Assembly (NCBI GenBank): GCA_030613125.1 | Contig: JAUWMO010000003.1 | Coordinates: 1-33,895 of the forward strand | Origin: Bacteroidota bacterium | GTDB lineage: Bacteria; Bacteroidota; Bacteroidia; Bacteroidales; VadinHA17 | Length of the DNA stretch: 33,895 bases | Direction: 5' to 3' | Shown: positions 33,753 through 33,895 of the stretch, piece after piece | Layout of the letters: every line of letters starts with the position of its first letter | Position numbering within the stretch: the stretch's first letter is position 1 | The notes under the pieces: model-generated | Databases searched by the model: none | Told to the model about the DNA's origin: nothing | The model's input: the letters and a program-made list of their open reading frames with translations, nothing else | Program-made: the position numbers and the translations under genes

Positions 33753-33895
33753 ATCTTAAGTTTAGAAGTTGATTGTAAATTTCATAACAGGCCCAGGCAT
33801 CAGTGGCAGCATAATTTAGCTGTTGGGGAATGAGTTTGACAGACTCCCAATTTGACAGTTGTTGTGACTTCGAAATTTTGAATTTCAGAATATTA
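33739..33895 (-). CDS. 3' end of a 3'-5' exonuclease (RNase D/WRN-like DEDDy) gene
   Basis: Own translation: …NILKFKISKSQQLSNWESVKLIPQQLNYAATDAWACYEIYNQLLNLRYALS*. Has SNW and ExoIII YAATDA motifs; stop overlaps the rlmI start by 14 bp. Confidence 0.85.
   Translation of the reverse strand, partial: NILKFKISKSQQLSNWESVKLIPQQLNYAATDAWACYEIYNQLLNLRYALS

Noticed and set aside
1-33895. tRNA, rRNA, prophage, integrase or susC/susD genes
   Set aside because: No supporting motifs seen in the window.

Overview
AT-rich bacterial window whose genes and TAnnTTTG-type promoter boxes point to Bacteroidota (inference). The left 18 kb is a carbohydrate-degradation region with no susC/susD pair inside the window. 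It holds a + strand operon (794-12070): a beta-helix protein, two large uncharacterised secreted proteins, a divergent Tat-exported GH109-like oxidoreductase, a DUF4962/heparinase II/III-like lyase and a Tat-exported DegT-family aminotransferase. This is followed by an N-sulfatase pseudogene and a convergent GH2 plus heparinase II/III-like pair. The right half holds an MNT-HEPN toxin-antitoxin pair followed by an attC-like hairpin, mutS2, an intact ~1.64 kb DDE insertion sequence, two aldo/keto reductases, a membrane protein/wHTH regulator/creD module with a repeated palindromic operator, ptrB, an OM beta-barrel, rlmI and the end of a 3'-5' exonuclease gene. Intergenic spaces are dense with MITEs and nested palindromic repeats; one MITE has rewritten the C-terminus of the GH2. 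All family calls are from motif recognition by eye, with no database searches.
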